Assembly (NCBI GenBank): GCA_963728915.1
Contig: CAVSLV010000001.1
Location: forward strand, 640,001-704,000
Direction: 5' to 3'
DNA length: 64,000 bases
Source of the DNA: an uncultured Gemmatimonadales bacterium
GTDB taxonomy: Bacteria > Gemmatimonadota > Gemmatimonadetes > Gemmatimonadales > GWC2-71-9
Program-made: the position numbers and the translations under genes
Notes under the pieces: generated by a model
Seen by the model: only the letters and a program-made list of their open reading frames with translations
The model's database searches: none
What the model was told of the DNA's origin: nothing
Part shown: positions 37,207-48,711 of the stretch, piece by piece
Layout of the letters: each line of letters opens with the position of its first letter
How positions within the stretch are numbered: position 1 is the first letter of the stretch

Positions 37207-38878
37207 AGTTTCCCTTCTGTTGCACCATGACCTGGAATTCGGGAGCCTGATAGCCGTCGGGTCGCTGGTCCGGCGGAATGGCCGTGGCGTTCCCGTCGCG
37301 GAGGGCCGCGTAGTGTGGTGACATGATCTCGACCCCCGCCTCGAAAAACTTGTCCTGAATGTTCTGGTGCAGGGCCGAATAGGTCGTCGCCATGATCGAC
37401 GGATCCCTGGTCAGTGCGTTCAGCTGATAGCGCACGTAGAAATCATCCAGTCCGGTCTGGAGCACGAAGGGGATGGGGGTGGCGAGAATGTTCGGCGTCG
37501 CCCGGGCCGCCGTGATCAGCAGATCGTGCACCTGTCGCCAGGGGGCGTCATAGCCGATCGTCACGGTAGTGTGGAGCACCAGGCCCGGACCTCCTGCGAG
37601 CGCGGTGTAGTTGATGATGTGGCTGGAAAGCACCTGCCCGTTCGGAATGGTGATCTCCTCGTTCTTGATGGTGCGCACCCGGGTCACCAGCAGAGTGCGC
37701 TCCACGACATCCCCGGTGGTCCCGGCGATCTGGACCCGGTCGCCCGGTTGAAACGCTCTCGTATATATGAGGACAATGCCCGCCATGATGTTGCTCACCG
37801 CCCCGGTCGACCCGAACGAAAAGATCACTCCCACGAAGATCGACACCCCCTTGAAAGCGTCGGAGCTGGAGCCGGGCAGGTAGGGGAACATCATGATGAC
37901 CGCGAACACCGACACCAGGAACCGCACCAGCTTATAGGTCGGCTCGGCCCAGTCGCGATGAAAGCCGCGAATCGTGAGGGTCCCGGCCCCGATGGCCTGG
38001 AAGACCATGTGAATGAACCGGAGGAGGTACCGGGTCACCACCAGGATGACCGCGATGAAGAAGACCTTGGGCAGGTAGGCCAGGATCGCCTCGCCCACCG
38101 ACTGGATCGGCGTCATGACGTAACCCACGATCCGCCGGGAATACGAAGCGGTCAGCGGAAAGATGCTGAGGACCGTGGGGACGTAGAGATAGATCAGGAA
38201 GATCAGCAGGATCAGGCGGGCGATCCGGGCCAGCCAGCGCAGTCCACCCCGCAGACCTTCTGCGCTGAGAATCTCGAGCCGCTGGATCCGAAGCGTCGGA
38301 AGCGGTCGGGTCTCCAGCCACTTCTGGAGTCGACCGAACAGCCACCGCATGAGATAGAGCAGGAGGACGAATCCGGCGGTGACGGCCAGCGCCAACAGGA
38401 CCTCGGTGAGTATGACCCGGATCCCCGAGGCGGCCCGCTCCGCGGTCAGCACATTCATGATCCTGGCAGCGTATCGGTTCGCGAGCACTTCCGGGGAAAC
38501 CCCGGTAGGCGTCGCGTCGGCCTCGAGAACGGTCATCACAATCGCGTCGCCGACCAGCAGCTCGAAGTGGTCTCCGACCCGGCTCACCCGGACCGAATCG
38601 CTCCCGGTCCCGATCACTCGGGACCGCTGGGCGATCCGGCGGGTGACCGCTTCGGCGCGCTCGCTCGGGCGGAACGGACCCAGCACACCATACAGCGTGA
38701 ACAGGGTATCCGATCGGTACACGACGACAGCACTATCCGTCGCCGGTGCCTTGGTGGTATCTCCCGGATTCCCGGCAGGAGCCTGGGAGAACGCGATGGT
38801 GGAGACGAGCGTCAGGCAGAGAGCAGCGAGGGCGATGGCGTGCGAGGGGCGAGGAAGCCGATTCGGTTGCAGATGCAT
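37205..38878 (-). CDS. MscS-family channel with an N-terminal periplasmic domain
   Basis: Signal peptide, FQPGDRVQI, ITIPNGQVL, VTIGYDAPW and IQDKFFEAGVEIMSP. Confidence 0.9.
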   Translation of the reverse strand: MHLQPNRLPRPSHAIALAALCLTLVSTIAFSQAPAGNPGDTTKAPATDSAVVVYRSDTLFTLYGVLGPFRPSERAEAVTRRIAQRSRVIGTGSDSVRVSRVGDHFELLVGDAIVMTVLEADATPTGVSPEVLANRYAARIMNVLTAERAASGIRVILTEVLLALAVTAGFVLLLYLMRWLFGRLQKWLETRPLPTLRIQRLEILSAEGLRGGLRWLARIARLILLIFLIYLYVPTVLSIFPLTASYSRRIVGYVMTPIQSVGEAILAYLPKVFFIAVILVVTRYLLRFIHMVFQAIGAGTLTIRGFHRDWAEPTYKLVRFLVSVFAVIMMFPYLPGSSSDAFKGVSIFVGVIFSFGSTGAVSNIMAGIVLIYTRAFQPGDRVQIAGTTGDVVERTLLVTRVRTIKNEEITIPNGQVLSSHIINYTALAGGPGLVLHTTVTIGYDAPWRQVHDLLITAARATPNILATPIPFVLQTGLDDFYVRYQLNALTRDPSIMATTYSALHQNIQDKFFEAGVEIMSPHYAALRDGNATAIPPDQRPDGYQAPEFQVMVQQKGN

Positions 38879-38959
38879 GGGGCCTCCTGAGACGGAAGCG
38901 TCATCAAGGATCCCGAAGGTAATACCGGATCCGGAACTCCCGGGTCGGTGGCCGGATAT

Positions 38960-40136
38960 TCAATCGAATCGGTAATCGGGAATTGCAATCTCGGTCACGG
39001 AGGTCGCGGCCGATGAAGTAGTCGGCAATCGGCGGGAGGCGGAGGAGTCGGGTCACCAGATTCCGGAACCCGATTCCCCGCCTTGTCTTCGGGACGAAGG
39101 CCGGGGCGAGTCGGAGGGCCGAGCGCTGCTTGCCCCGGAGAAACTCCCTGAGGCGCTTCTCGTAGCTGTCGAACCCGCGCGCCCAGTCATTTCCCGCCAG
39201 CCCCAGCTCGCCGGCCAGGACGTAGGCCTCCAGCATCGCCAGGCCGCTGCCTTCCCCCGCGAGGAGCGACACGCACGCGGCCGCGTCACCCAGCAGAGCG
39301 GTGCGCCCATTGGTCCAGTGATCCATCCGGATCTGGCTCACCCGGTCGAAGTAGACCTCGCCGGCCCGGTCCAGCGCGTCGAGCATCACCGGGCACTCCC
39401 AGCCGACATCATCGAACACCGCCCGAAGGATCTGCCGGGGATCCGCGGGCAACCCGGGCGGGATGGCGTCATCACGGAACACGAACAACACCAGGGTCCG
39501 GTCTCCCCGCATCGCGAACCGGGAGACTTGCTTGCCGGGCACCGGGTGACTCACGTAGACCAGCTCGTCGCGCGGGCGATATCCCTCGATCTCGATCGCC
39601 GCGACATGGTATCCCAGCGGGTGTTCGTACGACTTCTCGGGGCCGAACCGCTCCCGGCGAATCACCGAATGGAGCCCATCGGCCCCCACAACCAGATCGA
39701 CCAGCCGGGACCCGCCGTGGGCCAGACCGAGACGCACCGCGGTGCCTTCATCCTGAACGACAGTGATCGCGTCCCCGAAGACGGTCTCGACCCCTTCGAG
39801 GGAGTTGAAGATGGTCGCGGAGAGATCGGAGCGCAGCAAGCTGGTGAAGCGGCCCCCGGTCATCCGGCCGAATACTTTCGTGGAAAACCCGCCCTGCTTC
39901 CGGCCCGCCCCATCCACGAAGCGGACTTCCTCCACCTGATATCCCAACTCCCGGAGCCTGGGCAGGATGCCCATTTTCTCCGCGATGTCGTAGCCCACTC
40001 CCCAGAAGTCGATGACATATCCGCCCCGCCGCAGGCGGGGGCTTTCCTCGCATAGCAGCACCTCGTGCCCGGACCGGCGCAGCCACCAGGCGAGGGTCGG
40101 ACCCGCGATGCCGGCCCCATTGATCGCGATCTTCAT
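38960..40136 (-). CDS. FAD-dependent monooxygenase/oxidoreductase; apparent +1 frameshift near the C-terminus (38993-38994)
   Basis: GAGIAG, GYVIDFWG, DLVVGADGLHS and GDAAACVSLLAGEG. Removing one base gives the ending DLRDEIAIPDYRFD* at 38960; as read, the ORF runs to 38904. Confidence 0.85.
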
Positions 40137-40247
40137 GCGGGTGCCTCCTCCTCCCAAGATACCGGACGGCGGAGGAAGCCGAGCCGGCACCGCGTCGGGC
40201 TTGGCGCCGGGCTTGCCTGTAGTGTCTCTAGAAAGTAACTTGGGGGA

Positions 40248-40586
40248 ATGGCTCTCCTCAAAGGAACCCTGGACGCGCTGGTGCTCAAGGCGGTCTCCTT
40301 CGGGCCCATGCATGGCTTCGAGATCACCCGCTGGATCGAGGACGGCTCGCGGGATGAATTCGTCATCGAGCCTGCCGCCCTGCTCCAGGCGCTGCACCGG
40401 CTGGAGGCGCGCCGGCTTCTCACCGGAGAATGGGGAATCACCGGGAACAACCGGAGGGCGCGCTATTACTCGTTGACCCCCGCCGGCCGGGCGCACCTTC
40501 GGGCCGAGGCCGCCGCCCTCAAGAGCTCGACATCGGCGCTGATGGCCCTGCTTCACGCGCGAAGCGCATCGGAGACCTCCCGATGA
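40248..40586 (+). CDS. PadR-family transcriptional regulator (ADOP-associated type)
   Basis: [23 protein letters not shown] and [11 protein letters not shown]. Confidence 0.93.
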   Translation: MALLKGTLDALVLKAVSFGPMHGFEITRWIEDGSRDEFVIEPAALLQALHRLEARRLLTGEWGITGNNRRARYYSLTPAGRAHLRAEAAALKSSTSALMALLHARSASETSR

Positions 40587-43261
40587 GTGCCGACGAACTC
40601 CGGCCTGGGGTTCGGCGCGCGGCCGGTCTCCCGATTCACCGGCCGGACCAGGCGAGTGCCGACGCCGACGCCGAGCTGGATTCGGTCCTGTCCGAGCAGA
40701 TCGAATATTTGAAGGGGCGCGGGCGGGAGGACGCGGAGGCCGGCACCGAAGCACTGCGGGCGGCCCGGGGAACCCTCCGTGGCTCGGCGGTACGGCGAGA
40801 GCGCCGGCTCAAGCTGCACGACGCGGTGCTGGACTGGGTCGGCGATCTGCGCCACGCGTTTCGATCCCTGCGGCGGGCGCCCGGTCTGACGATCGCCGCG
40901 GTGCTGACGCTCGCCCTCGCCATCGGGGCCAACACGGCCATCTTCTCGGCGGTCAGCGCCGTCCTCCTCAGGCCATTGCCGTTTCGGGACCCCGGTCAGT
41001 TGGTCATGCTGTGGGAAAAAAATCCGGACTTCGGCTGGGATCATGCCGATGCGGCCCCGGCGAACTACCTCGACTGGAAAGAACAGGCTGGCGTCTTCGC
41101 GGATGCGGGAGCCTATCCGACATTCAGCGGGACGGCGGCCCTGGTCGGCTACGGCGATCCTCAGATTCTTCGCTCCCAGCAGTCCACCGGAAATCTGTTC
41201 ACGGTTCTCGGAGTCCGGGCCGTGCTGGGCCGGGTGTTCGAAGATCGGGAGACGTGGTCGAATGGTGGGCCATCGACGGTCCTGCTGGAATATCACACCT
41301 GGCGCGATGTCTTTGCTTCGGATCACTCGATCATCGGCAGGACCATCGACCTCGGCGGTGCTCCGGTGGAAGTCGTCGGGGTGCTTCCAGCGAGCTTCCG
41401 CTTGCCCGGGGTGAACGTGGACGTCTGGCGACCCATTGGCTGGTCGCCCGCGAACCGGTCCCGTGCTTTCTTCCGGCGGGCGCACTGGCTCCGGGTCGTG
41501 GCCCGGCTCAATCCCGGGGTTACCGAGGCCCGGGCAGACGCGGCCCTTCAGTCCGTCGTGAAACGGCTCGAGCAGGAATACCCGGAGACCAATACGCGAA
41601 TGGGCGCGGGGCTCTCACCCCTCCATGACTTTCTGGTAGGGGGAACCCGGTTGCCACTCCTGGTCATGCTGGGAGCGGTGGGTCTGGTCCTGCTGATCGC
41701 CTGCGCCAACATCGGGAACCTGCTTCTGGTCCGGGCGGCGGGGCGGGCGCGGGAAACCAGTCTCCGGGTGGCGCTCGGCGCGGGGCGGGGCCGCCTGCTG
41801 CGTCACACCCTCGCCGAGACCGCGCTCCTCGCGCTGATGGGCGGGCTCGCCGGGTTAGGTCTGGGCTGGGGAGGGATCAAGGTTCTGGCGGCGCTCCAGC
41901 CGGCCGGGATGCTTCCGGTCACCGAGGTCGGGATCACCTGGCCGGTGCTGGGGTTCGCAGCCCTTGCCACGGTTCTTGCCGCGCTCCTGTTCGGGCTGGC
42001 CCCGACCCTGTGGAGCCTGCGCCGCCACCCCGCCGATGTGCTCAGAGAGGAGAGTCGCACCTCGACGGGCAGCCGTTCGGCTCGGCGCTGGGGGGATAGC
42101 CTGCTGGTATTTCAGGTGGCGATCGCCCTGGCCCTGACGCTCGGGGCCGGACTACTGACCCGCAGCTATCTGCGGTTGCAGGGGGTGGATCCCGGGTTTG
42201 ACTATCGCCAGGTGCTGGCGGTGGAGCTGGTTCTTCCGGGAACCCGGTATGATAGCGTCCGGAAGGTCCTGTCCTTCTACCGGGAGCTCGAGCAGGAAGC
42301 GAGGTCGCTGCCCGGCGTCGAGGCTGCCGCGCTGGTATCCGGAGTGCCGCTCGGTCCTCCGACCTGGACCAGTCAGTTCTCCGTGGCCGGTCGGCCGCCG
42401 CAGGCCAAAACCTCCCAGGTGCAGCATCGGGAAATCTCGCCGGGATACCAGGCTGTGATGGGGATCGCCCTGCTTCGGGGACGACTGCTTCAACCTTCGG
42501 ACGATGCGGACAGCCCGCGTGCCGTTCTGATCAATGCCGCGTTTGCCCGAGTGTTCTTCCCGGGAGAAGACCCGATTGGCCTCCGGATTTCGTTCGACCG
42601 CGAACCCGATTCCACGTCCACCTGGCGCACCATTGTGGGGGTTGTGGCCGACGTGCACCAGAGGTCTCTCAGCGAAGACGTGATCCCTGAGGTTCTGGCC
42701 CCCCTTCCTCAGGAACTTCGGAGCGGGATGACGCTGGTGCTCCGCACCTCCCGGGCGCCGGGCGCGGTGGGCCCCTCGGTGCGCCGACTGATAGCGAAGC
42801 TCGATCCCCTGCTGGCGGTCAGTGACATGCGGACCATGTCGGAGGTGCGTTCCGCTTCGCTCGCCAAGGAGCGCTTCCTGATGGTCCTGATCGGATCGTT
42901 TGCGGCGGTGGGGCTGGTGCTGGGGCTGATCGGAACCTATGGGGTCATGGCGCAAATCTCCCGGCATCGACTCCGCGAAATGGGCATCCGGATCGCGCTG
43001 GGAGCCCGGGCCGCCCAGGTCCAATGGCTGGTGGTGCGGCGCGGCGTTCTGCTCGCCCTGCTCGGCAGCATTGCCGGCATTGTAGCGGCGCTCAGCTCCG
43101 GCGGGGTCATCCAGAGCCTTCTTTACGGAGTCCGATCGGGCGATCTTCTGACGTTCCTGTTGCTCCCTCTCCTGGTTCTGCTGATCGCGGCCCTGGCGTC
43201 GTGGCTTCCCGCGGCGCGCGCGAGCCGGGCTGATCCCACCCAGGTGCTTCGCTCCGACTAG
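40583..43261 (+). CDS. ADOP/MacB-FtsX-type ABC transporter permease
   Basis: ATGA overlap with Pad[34 protein letters not shown] and [11 protein letters not shown]. Confidence 0.92.
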   Translation: MSADELRPGVRRAAGLPIHRPDQASADADAELDSVLSEQIEYLKGRGREDAEAGTEALRAARGTLRGSAVRRERRLKLHDAVLDWVGDLRHAFRSLRRAPGLTIAAVLTLALAIGANTAIFSAVSAVLLRPLPFRDPGQLVMLWEKNPDFGWDHADAAPANYLDWKEQAGVFADAGAYPTFSGTAALVGYGDPQILRSQQSTGNLFTVLGVRAVLGRVFEDRETWSNGGPSTVLLEYHTWRDVFASDHSIIGRTIDLGGAPVEVVGVLPASFRLPGVNVDVWRPIGWSPANRSRAFFRRAHWLRVVARLNPGVTEARADAALQSVVKRLEQEYPETNTRMGAGLSPLHDFLVGGTRLPLLVMLGAVGLVLLIACANIGNLLLVRAAGRARETSLRVALGAGRGRLLRHTLAETALLALMGGLAGLGLGWGGIKVLAALQPAGMLPVTEVGITWPVLGFAALATVLAALLFGLAPTLWSLRRHPADVLREESRTSTGSRSARRWGDSLLVFQVAIALALTLGAGLLTRSYLRLQGVDPGFDYRQVLAVELVLPGTRYDSVRKVLSFYRELEQEARSLPGVEAAALVSGVPLGPPTWTSQFSVAGRPPQAKTSQVQHREISPGYQAVMGIALLRGRLLQPSDDADSPRAVLINAAFARVFFPGEDPIGLRISFDREPDSTSTWRTIVGVVADVHQRSLSEDVIPEVLAPLPQELRSGMTLVLRTSRAPGAVGPSVRRLIAKLDPLLAVSDMRTMSEVRSASLAKERFLMVLIGSFAAVGLVLGLIGTYGVMAQISRHRLREMGIRIALGARAAQVQWLVVRRGVLLALLGSIAGIVAALSSGGVIQSLLYGVRSGDLLTFLLLPLLVLLIAALASWLPAARASRADPTQVLRSD

Positions 43262-43320
43262 GTTGACAGATCCACCCTGGTGGCCTAACCCTTCGATTCC
43301 CAACGCACCGGAGGCCGCCC

Positions 43321-44244
43321 ATGCAGACCCTCTCCTGGCGGCGCATCCTCGGCGTTCCCGTGTCGATGATGCTCGTCGCCTGCGCGCACAGCCCTTCTCC
43401 CCACCTGGTTGAAGTCACCGCGAACGGACTCCAGTTCCAGGGGCCCGACACTGCGTCGGCGGGTTGGACCACGATCCGTTTTCACAATCAGTCCCCGGTC
43501 ACTCACTTCGTCCTGGTCGAGCGGATGCCCGATGGGATCGGTCTCAGACAGCAGCAGGACCAGGTTGCCCCGGTGTTCCAGGAGGGAATGAACCTGCTCA
43601 ACGCGGGAAAGAACGATGAGGCGATGGCCGCCTTCGGGAAATTGCCCGGCTGGTTCGCCAAGGTCGTCTTTATGGGGGGCCCCGGGTTAACCGCGCCCGG
43701 GCGAACCAGTGAAACATCGGTATTCCTCGAGGCCGGAACCTACCTGCTCGAGTGCTACGTGAAGACCGGCGGGCGCTTTCACTCCTACAATCCCGATCCG
43801 CAGACCGACGGAATGGTCCATCAGCTCGAGGTCGTCCCGGGCACGGATCCCGGTCCGAGGCCGCGAGCGGACGTTCGAGTGTCCCTCTCCAGCGAAGGAG
43901 GAATTGCGGTCCAGGGGCAGCTCCATCCCGGTCCCCAGACGGTGGAAGTGCGATTCGACGATCAGAAGGTGTACGGGAACTTCGTCGGGCACGACGTTCA
44001 CCTGGCCCGGCTCACCGATACCACCGATCTCTCCGACCTGAACCAATGGATGAACTGGATGGATACGGGCGGTCTCGAAACGCCGGCCCCGGCCGAGTTT
44101 CTGGGAGGCGCGAATGACATGCCGGAGGGCAGTTCCGAATTCATGCAGGTAACGATCGAACCGGGCCGCTATGCCTGGATCAGCGAAGTGCCCGACCCGA
44201 GGGACAAGGGCCTGCTTCGAGTCTTCGCGGTGCCGGGCTCCTGA
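43321..44244 (+). CDS. Lipoprotein with two cupredoxin-like repeats
   Basis: Lipobox LVAC. Two repeats of a G-x-x-T-(I/V)..F..H..LEAGTY/IEPGRY pattern. The first has ECYVKTGGRFHSY..GM. Confidence 0.6.
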   Translation: MQTLSWRRILGVPVSMMLVACAHSPSPHLVEVTANGLQFQGPDTASAGWTTIRFHNQSPVTHFVLVERMPDGIGLRQQQDQVAPVFQEGMNLLNAGKNDEAMAAFGKLPGWFAKVVFMGGPGLTAPGRTSETSVFLEAGTYLLECYVKTGGRFHSYNPDPQTDGMVHQLEVVPGTDPGPRPRADVRVSLSSEGGIAVQGQLHPGPQTVEVRFDDQKVYGNFVGHDVHLARLTDTTDLSDLNQWMNWMDTGGLETPAPAEFLGGANDMPEGSSEFMQVTIEPGRYAWISEVPDPRDKGLLRVFAVPGS

Positions 44245-44248
44245 TCCG

Positions 44249-45373
44249 CTAGGATTTCGGGTCCCGGTCGGGACGGTCCCCCAGCCAGCCTCGGTGGTGG
44301 AAGTAGAGCAGCATCCCGACCCCGATGGCGAGCATCAGGCCCAGCACGGCCGGATAGGCCCAGCGATAGTGGAGCTCGGGCAGGTACTGGAAGTTCATTC
44401 CGTACACGCCCGCCAGAAAAGTGAGGGGAATGAAAATGCTCGCCATGATGGTGAGCACCTTCATCACCTCGTTGGTTCGCTGGCTCAATCCGGAGAGATA
44501 GATCTCCATCAGATTCCCCGCCAGCTCGCGGTAGGTTTCGATCACGTCGACGATCTGGACCGCGTGATCGTGGCAGTCCCGGAGGTACTCCCGGACCGGT
44601 GGAGTGACCACGGCATTGTCTTCCCGCATCAGGTGCGCCACCGCTTCGCGCTGGGGCCAGACCGCGCGTCGCAGCGCCAGCAATTGGCGGCGGAGCACGT
44701 GGATCTGCTGGAGGGTCGACCGGGAGGGCTGGGAGAGGATTGCCTCTTCCAGGTCGTGCAGATGCTCGCCGATCGTCTCAACCACCGGATAGTATCCGTC
44801 GAGGACCGCGTCGATCAGGGCATAGGCGAGGTAGTCCGGTCCGGAGCGACGAATCGGGCCCTTGTTGGCGCGCAGGCGCTTCCGGATCGGGTCGAACACA
44901 TCGCCGTAGTGTTCCTGCAGGGTGAGGACATACCCCGGCCCCATGAAAATGCTGACCTGCTCGATGTCGAGCGAGACCTGGGCATCGCTCCGGACCATGC
45001 GGGAAATGAAGAGCTGGTGCGCGTCGTAGGCTTCGTACTTGGGCCGCTGGGGAATATTGACCGCGTCCTCCAGGGCCAGGGGATGGATCTGGAACAATTC
45101 GCTCAGGCGGCTCAGCACCGCCGCGTCGCCCAGGCCCTGGACGTCGATCCAGGTCATCGGAGCCCGGAGGAGACCGGGCGAGAGCTCGGCGGCCGGGACA
45201 TCCGGGAGCTCCTCGAGGATATCCGTCCCATACCGCACCACCGAGATTCGGCAGGGCAGGATCTCCTCCGAGGGAACCAGCGTGCCCGGGCGGGCGCCGA
45301 CCTCGGGCCGTCGCTTCCGGAAAAAGATGAGACGGGATGCCCCGCCCAGGAGCTGAAAGCCGCGCCGCTTCAT
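44249..45373 (-). CDS. corA: Magnesium/cobalt transporter CorA
   Basis: IHPLALED, QRPK and NEVMKVLTIMASIFIPLTFLAGVYGMNF. Confidence 0.95.
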   Translation of the reverse strand: MKRRGFQLLGGASRLIFFRKRRPEVGARPGTLVPSEEILPCRISVVRYGTDILEELPDVPAAELSPGLLRAPMTWIDVQGLGDAAVLSRLSELFQIHPLALEDAVNIPQRPKYEAYDAHQLFISRMVRSDAQVSLDIEQVSIFMGPGYVLTLQEHYGDVFDPIRKRLRANKGPIRRSGPDYLAYALIDAVLDGYYPVVETIGEHLHDLEEAILSQPSRSTLQQIHVLRRQLLALRRAVWPQREAVAHLMREDNAVVTPPVREYLRDCHDHAVQIVDVIETYRELAGNLMEIYLSGLSQRTNEVMKVLTIMASIFIPLTFLAGVYGMNFQYLPELHYRWAYPAVLGLMLAIGVGMLLYFHHRGWLGDRPDRDPKS

Positions 45374-46251
45374 TGCCCGGTCGAGAGACGAGGAAGCCCG
45401 GCGAGCCCGTGGAGCGCCTTGTCGCGGATGTCCTCGATGAACAGTTGCAGGTGGGGGAAGGGAATCTCGATGCCCGCGTCGTCGAGCGCCACCTTGCAGG
45501 CCTCGACCATCGCGAAGGTCACCGGGCGCTCGTGTGCGGCATCGGCGATCCAGACCCGGGCCTGGAGGTCCACGCTCGATGATCCCAGCGACTTCGCCAC
45601 CACGTCGGGAGGAGGATCCTGGAGCACAAAGGGCACCCGGGCCAGGGCGGGCAGGAGCGCCCGGCGCGCCTCCGCGATCTGTTCCTTGTAGGCGATGCCG
45701 ATCGGAACGTTCACCCGGAGCTCGCCATAGAGCGAATGATTGACCAGCAGCTCCCCGATGATCTGCTTGTTGGGGATGACCGCATAGGTGTTGTCCATGG
45801 TGCGGACCCGGGTGGTTCGCATGGTGATCTCCTGCACCCGTCCATACTGGGATTGGGTGGTGATGTAATCCCCGATCTTGAAAGGCCGGTCCCAGAAGAT
45901 CAGGAATCCCGCGATCATGTTGGCAACCGTTTCCTGGGCCGCAAACCCGAGGGCGATGCCCGCCACGCCGAGCCCGGCCAGGGCCGCGGTCACGTTGAGA
46001 CCGAGCTGGCCCGCCGCGGTGATGACCGCGACGATGATCAGGATGCCCTTGTACAGGCCATCCACCAGCAGGCGCACCAGGGCGTCGGCGAAATGGGCCC
46101 GCAGCAGCACCCGATGCAGCAAGGGGCGGCTCAGGCGGAGCAATAGCCAGAAGAGCAGGAGGACGACGAGGGCGCCCAGGATGCGCGGGGCGGCGGCCAC
46201 GACCGCCGCTTCGAGACGGGCCCGGTTGAGCCAGTCGAACAGTGGGGGCAT
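45370..46251 (-). CDS. mscS: Small-conductance mechanosensitive channel
   Basis: LAGLGVAGIALGFAAQ, RPFKIGD, VIPN and AGIEIPFP. Confidence 0.9.
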   Translation of the reverse strand: MPPLFDWLNRARLEAAVVAAAPRILGALVVLLLFWLLLRLSRPLLHRVLLRAHFADALVRLLVDGLYKGILIIVAVITAAGQLGLNVTAALAGLGVAGIALGFAAQETVANMIAGFLIFWDRPFKIGDYITTQSQYGRVQEITMRTTRVRTMDNTYAVIPNKQIIGELLVNHSLYGELRVNVPIGIAYKEQIAEARRALLPALARVPFVLQDPPPDVVAKSLGSSSVDLQARVWIADAAHERPVTFAMVEACKVALDDAGIEIPFPHLQLFIEDIRDKALHGLAGLPRLSTGQ

Positions 46252-46329
46252 GGAAACCTCCGGGCTGGAGACACGGACTCGCCCGGGCGGACGAACCCTG
46301 ATGCCGAATCTACCCCGGGAGGACGGGCG

Positions 46330-47088
46330 CTAGGGCTGCTGTCCCAGCGCCCTCAAGCGGTTCCGCGCCGCGAAATCGGTGGAGTCTCGGCGCAGGGCGG
46401 TGCGAAAAGCCTGGATCGCGCCGGCGGTGTCCTGGCGGGCCAGCAACACCTCCCCCATCGTGGTCATCGTGGCTGCCGAGCTGGGGAACTGCTCATCGTT
46501 CAGTTGGAGGACCGCGACGGCCTCATCCAGTTTCCCGGCGCCGCGCAGGTCCTGGGCGGCGCCGATAAGCGAGGACTCCCCAAAATCGTAGGCAGCCCGT
46601 CCGTAATACCTGGCCCGGAGCTGCTGATATGCCTTGCGCGCGGAATCCGCGCCTCCCGCACTCGCCGCGTCGACGACGATGGTGCCGAGCGGGACCGGAC
46701 GGGACACGCCGCGGTGACAGGTCAGGCAGGTGACGTCGATACCGGGCGAGGGCCGCTGCGGGATGTTGGCCAGGGTCTGCTGATTGATATTCTGCACCAT
46801 CTGCATCATGAGACGCGCGGTCTGCTTGGTGCGCTTATCATCGGAGACGAAGTCGAAGGTCTGGAGGGGGCGGCCTTCCTCCCCGACGTGGCAGAACTGA
46901 CAGCGGACTCCCAGGGCGCCCGTGAAACCCCGCATGATATTGATGAGGTCGCGGGGGGTCGTGCTGGCGGGCAGGACCTTGAGGTTCTTGAGCGTGTCAG
47001 GCGGGAAACGATTCTGGGCCCGAAGGGTGCTGGGGAGTCCTGCGGTCGCCAGAACGGCGAGCGACACAGCCATGGCACGACGGAACAT
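46330..47088 (-). CDS. Exported diheme c-type cytochrome with a C-terminal TPR domain
   Basis: Signal peptide, KNLKVL, CQFCH and CLTCH, TPR-like tail. Confidence 0.85.
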   Translation of the reverse strand: MFRRAMAVSLAVLATAGLPSTLRAQNRFPPDTLKNLKVLPASTTPRDLINIMRGFTGALGVRCQFCHVGEEGRPLQTFDFVSDDKRTKQTARLMMQMVQNINQQTLANIPQRPSPGIDVTCLTCHRGVSRPVPLGTIVVDAASAGGADSARKAYQQLRARYYGRAAYDFGESSLIGAAQDLRGAGKLDEAVAVLQLNDEQFPSSAATMTTMGEVLLARQDTAGAIQAFRTALRRDSTDFAARNRLRALGQQP

Positions 47089-47210
47089 GAACCCTCCTGG
47101 AGGTACGGTGAGAATACCGGCCGCCATGCGAGGCCGCAAGAAGCCATCGGGGGTTCCGGTGAGCCGGGTGTCTGATGGTGGTGGTCACACCTGATGCGGA
47201 GGGATGACTC

Positions 47211-47633
47211 GTGGATCACCTGCGGTTGCCGTCCATGCGATTGCTCGCGATCCTCCTGTTGACCGCCTGCGGAGGGGGATCCACCGTGAGTCCTCCGCCG
47301 GCTCCGCCCCCGGGGCCCCCAGCTCCCCCACCTCCGCCGCCTTCCCCGGTTTCCTCCGCGACGGTGCAGGTGCAGAGCAACAGCTTCAGTCCGGCGACTG
47401 TGGTCCTCAATGTGGGTGGGACGGTGACCTGGCAGTGGGTTGGATCGGGCCATACAGTCACTTCGGTGCTCACGCCTGGCTTCAGTGCCAACACCGGGGT
47501 TCACAATGCGGGATTCACCCTGGGCCCGATCACTTTTTCGACCCCCGGGACCTATCACTACATCTGCACCGTCCACGGAGGAGTCTCGGGAACCCAGACT
47601 ACCGGCATGGCGGGCACCATCATCGTCCAATAG
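47211..47633 (+). CDS. Plastocyanin/azurin-type cupredoxin lipoprotein
   Basis: Lipobox LTAC, Pro linker and type-1 Cu ligands HTV..YICTVH..GM. Confidence 0.85.
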   Translation: MDHLRLPSMRLLAILLLTACGGGSTVSPPPAPPPGPPAPPPPPPSPVSSATVQVQSNSFSPATVVLNVGGTVTWQWVGSGHTVTSVLTPGFSANTGVHNAGFTLGPITFSTPGTYHYICTVHGGVSGTQTTGMAGTIIVQ

Positions 47634-47645
47634 CAGGCCGATTCC

Positions 47646-48608
47646 CTAGTTCCACTTGAGGCCGCGGAGCTGCTCGAGGTCGACGTTTCCTCCGCTCAGT
47701 ACCGCGGCCACTCTGGAACCGGGCGGAGTCCGGATCAGTCCCTTGAGCAGGGCGCCGACCGGCGCCGCGGCAGCCCCCTCCACTACCAGCTTGGCGTGGT
47801 GCATCACCCAGAGCATGGCGTCGAAGATTTCGGCGTCGGGCAACGTGACCACCTCGTCCACCACCTGCCGCACGATCTCGAAATTCCGCTCACCGACCCG
47901 TCGCACCCGCAGCCCGTCGATGATGCAGTCCACCCGGTCCAGCGTCACGAGTCTTCCTTCGGCCACGCTGCGCTGCATGCCGGGCGCCCCGGAGGACTCG
48001 ACCCCGATGACCCGAATGCGCGGATTCATCGCCTTGGCCGCCAGCGCAATACCCGAAATGAGGCCACCGCCCCCGATCGGGACCACGATGACATCCACCT
48101 CGGGCCAATCTTCCACGATCTCCAGGCCCACGGTCCCCTGGCCGGCGATCAGCTCGAAATCGTCGAAGGGATGGATGTAGGTGTAGCCTCGCTCGGCGAC
48201 CAGCTCCTTCGCCTTCTCGTTGGCTTCGTCCCAGATGCTTCCATGCAGCACGACCTCGGCTCCGTACCCCCGGGTCGCGGCGATCTTGGATGGAGTGGCG
48301 TTCTTCGCCATCACCACGACCGCCTTCATGCCGTGAATCCGGGCCGCGAGGGCCACTCCCTGGGCGTGATTGCCCGCGGAGGAGCAGATCACCCCGCGAG
48401 CCCGCTGCTCCGGGGTGAGGAGCGGGTACTTGTTGAGCGGGCCCCGGATCTTGTAGCTCCCGGTTCGCTGCATGAGCTCCGCCTTGAGACGGACTTCGAG
48501 CCCGGTCGCGGTGCTCAAGGTGGCGGAGGTGAGGAGGGGGGTATGGTACGCGTGGGCGCGGACCCGCTGGCGTGCCGCCTCGAGCTCCGGCCGGCCGGGA
48601 ATGGTCAT
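47646..48608 (-). CDS. PLP-dependent threonine/serine dehydratase
   Basis: QRTGSYKIRG, SAGNHAQG, HPFDD, PIGGGGL and LSGGN; no regulatory domain. Confidence 0.92.
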   Translation of the reverse strand: MTIPGRPELEAARQRVRAHAYHTPLLTSATLSTATGLEVRLKAELMQRTGSYKIRGPLNKYPLLTPEQRARGVICSSAGNHAQGVALAARIHGMKAVVVMAKNATPSKIAATRGYGAEVVLHGSIWDEANEKAKELVAERGYTYIHPFDDFELIAGQGTVGLEIVEDWPEVDVIVVPIGGGGLISGIALAAKAMNPRIRVIGVESSGAPGMQRSVAEGRLVTLDRVDCIIDGLRVRRVGERNFEIVRQVVDEVVTLPDAEIFDAMLWVMHHAKLVVEGAAAAPVGALLKGLIRTPPGSRVAAVLSGGNVDLEQLRGLKWN

Positions 48609-48711
48609 GCTGGAAAGTATCACCGGCCGGGTTGACGGGACGTCTCGCTGGACGATATTTGCCCGGCACGCCGAGGGACTTGCCGGCGTTCTCCTCCGTC
48701 CGAGGGATTCC

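Noticed and set aside
46330..47088. Photosynthetic reaction-centre cytochrome implying phototrophy
   Set aside because: Only two CXXCH motifs plus a TPR, and no puf/bch genes in the window.
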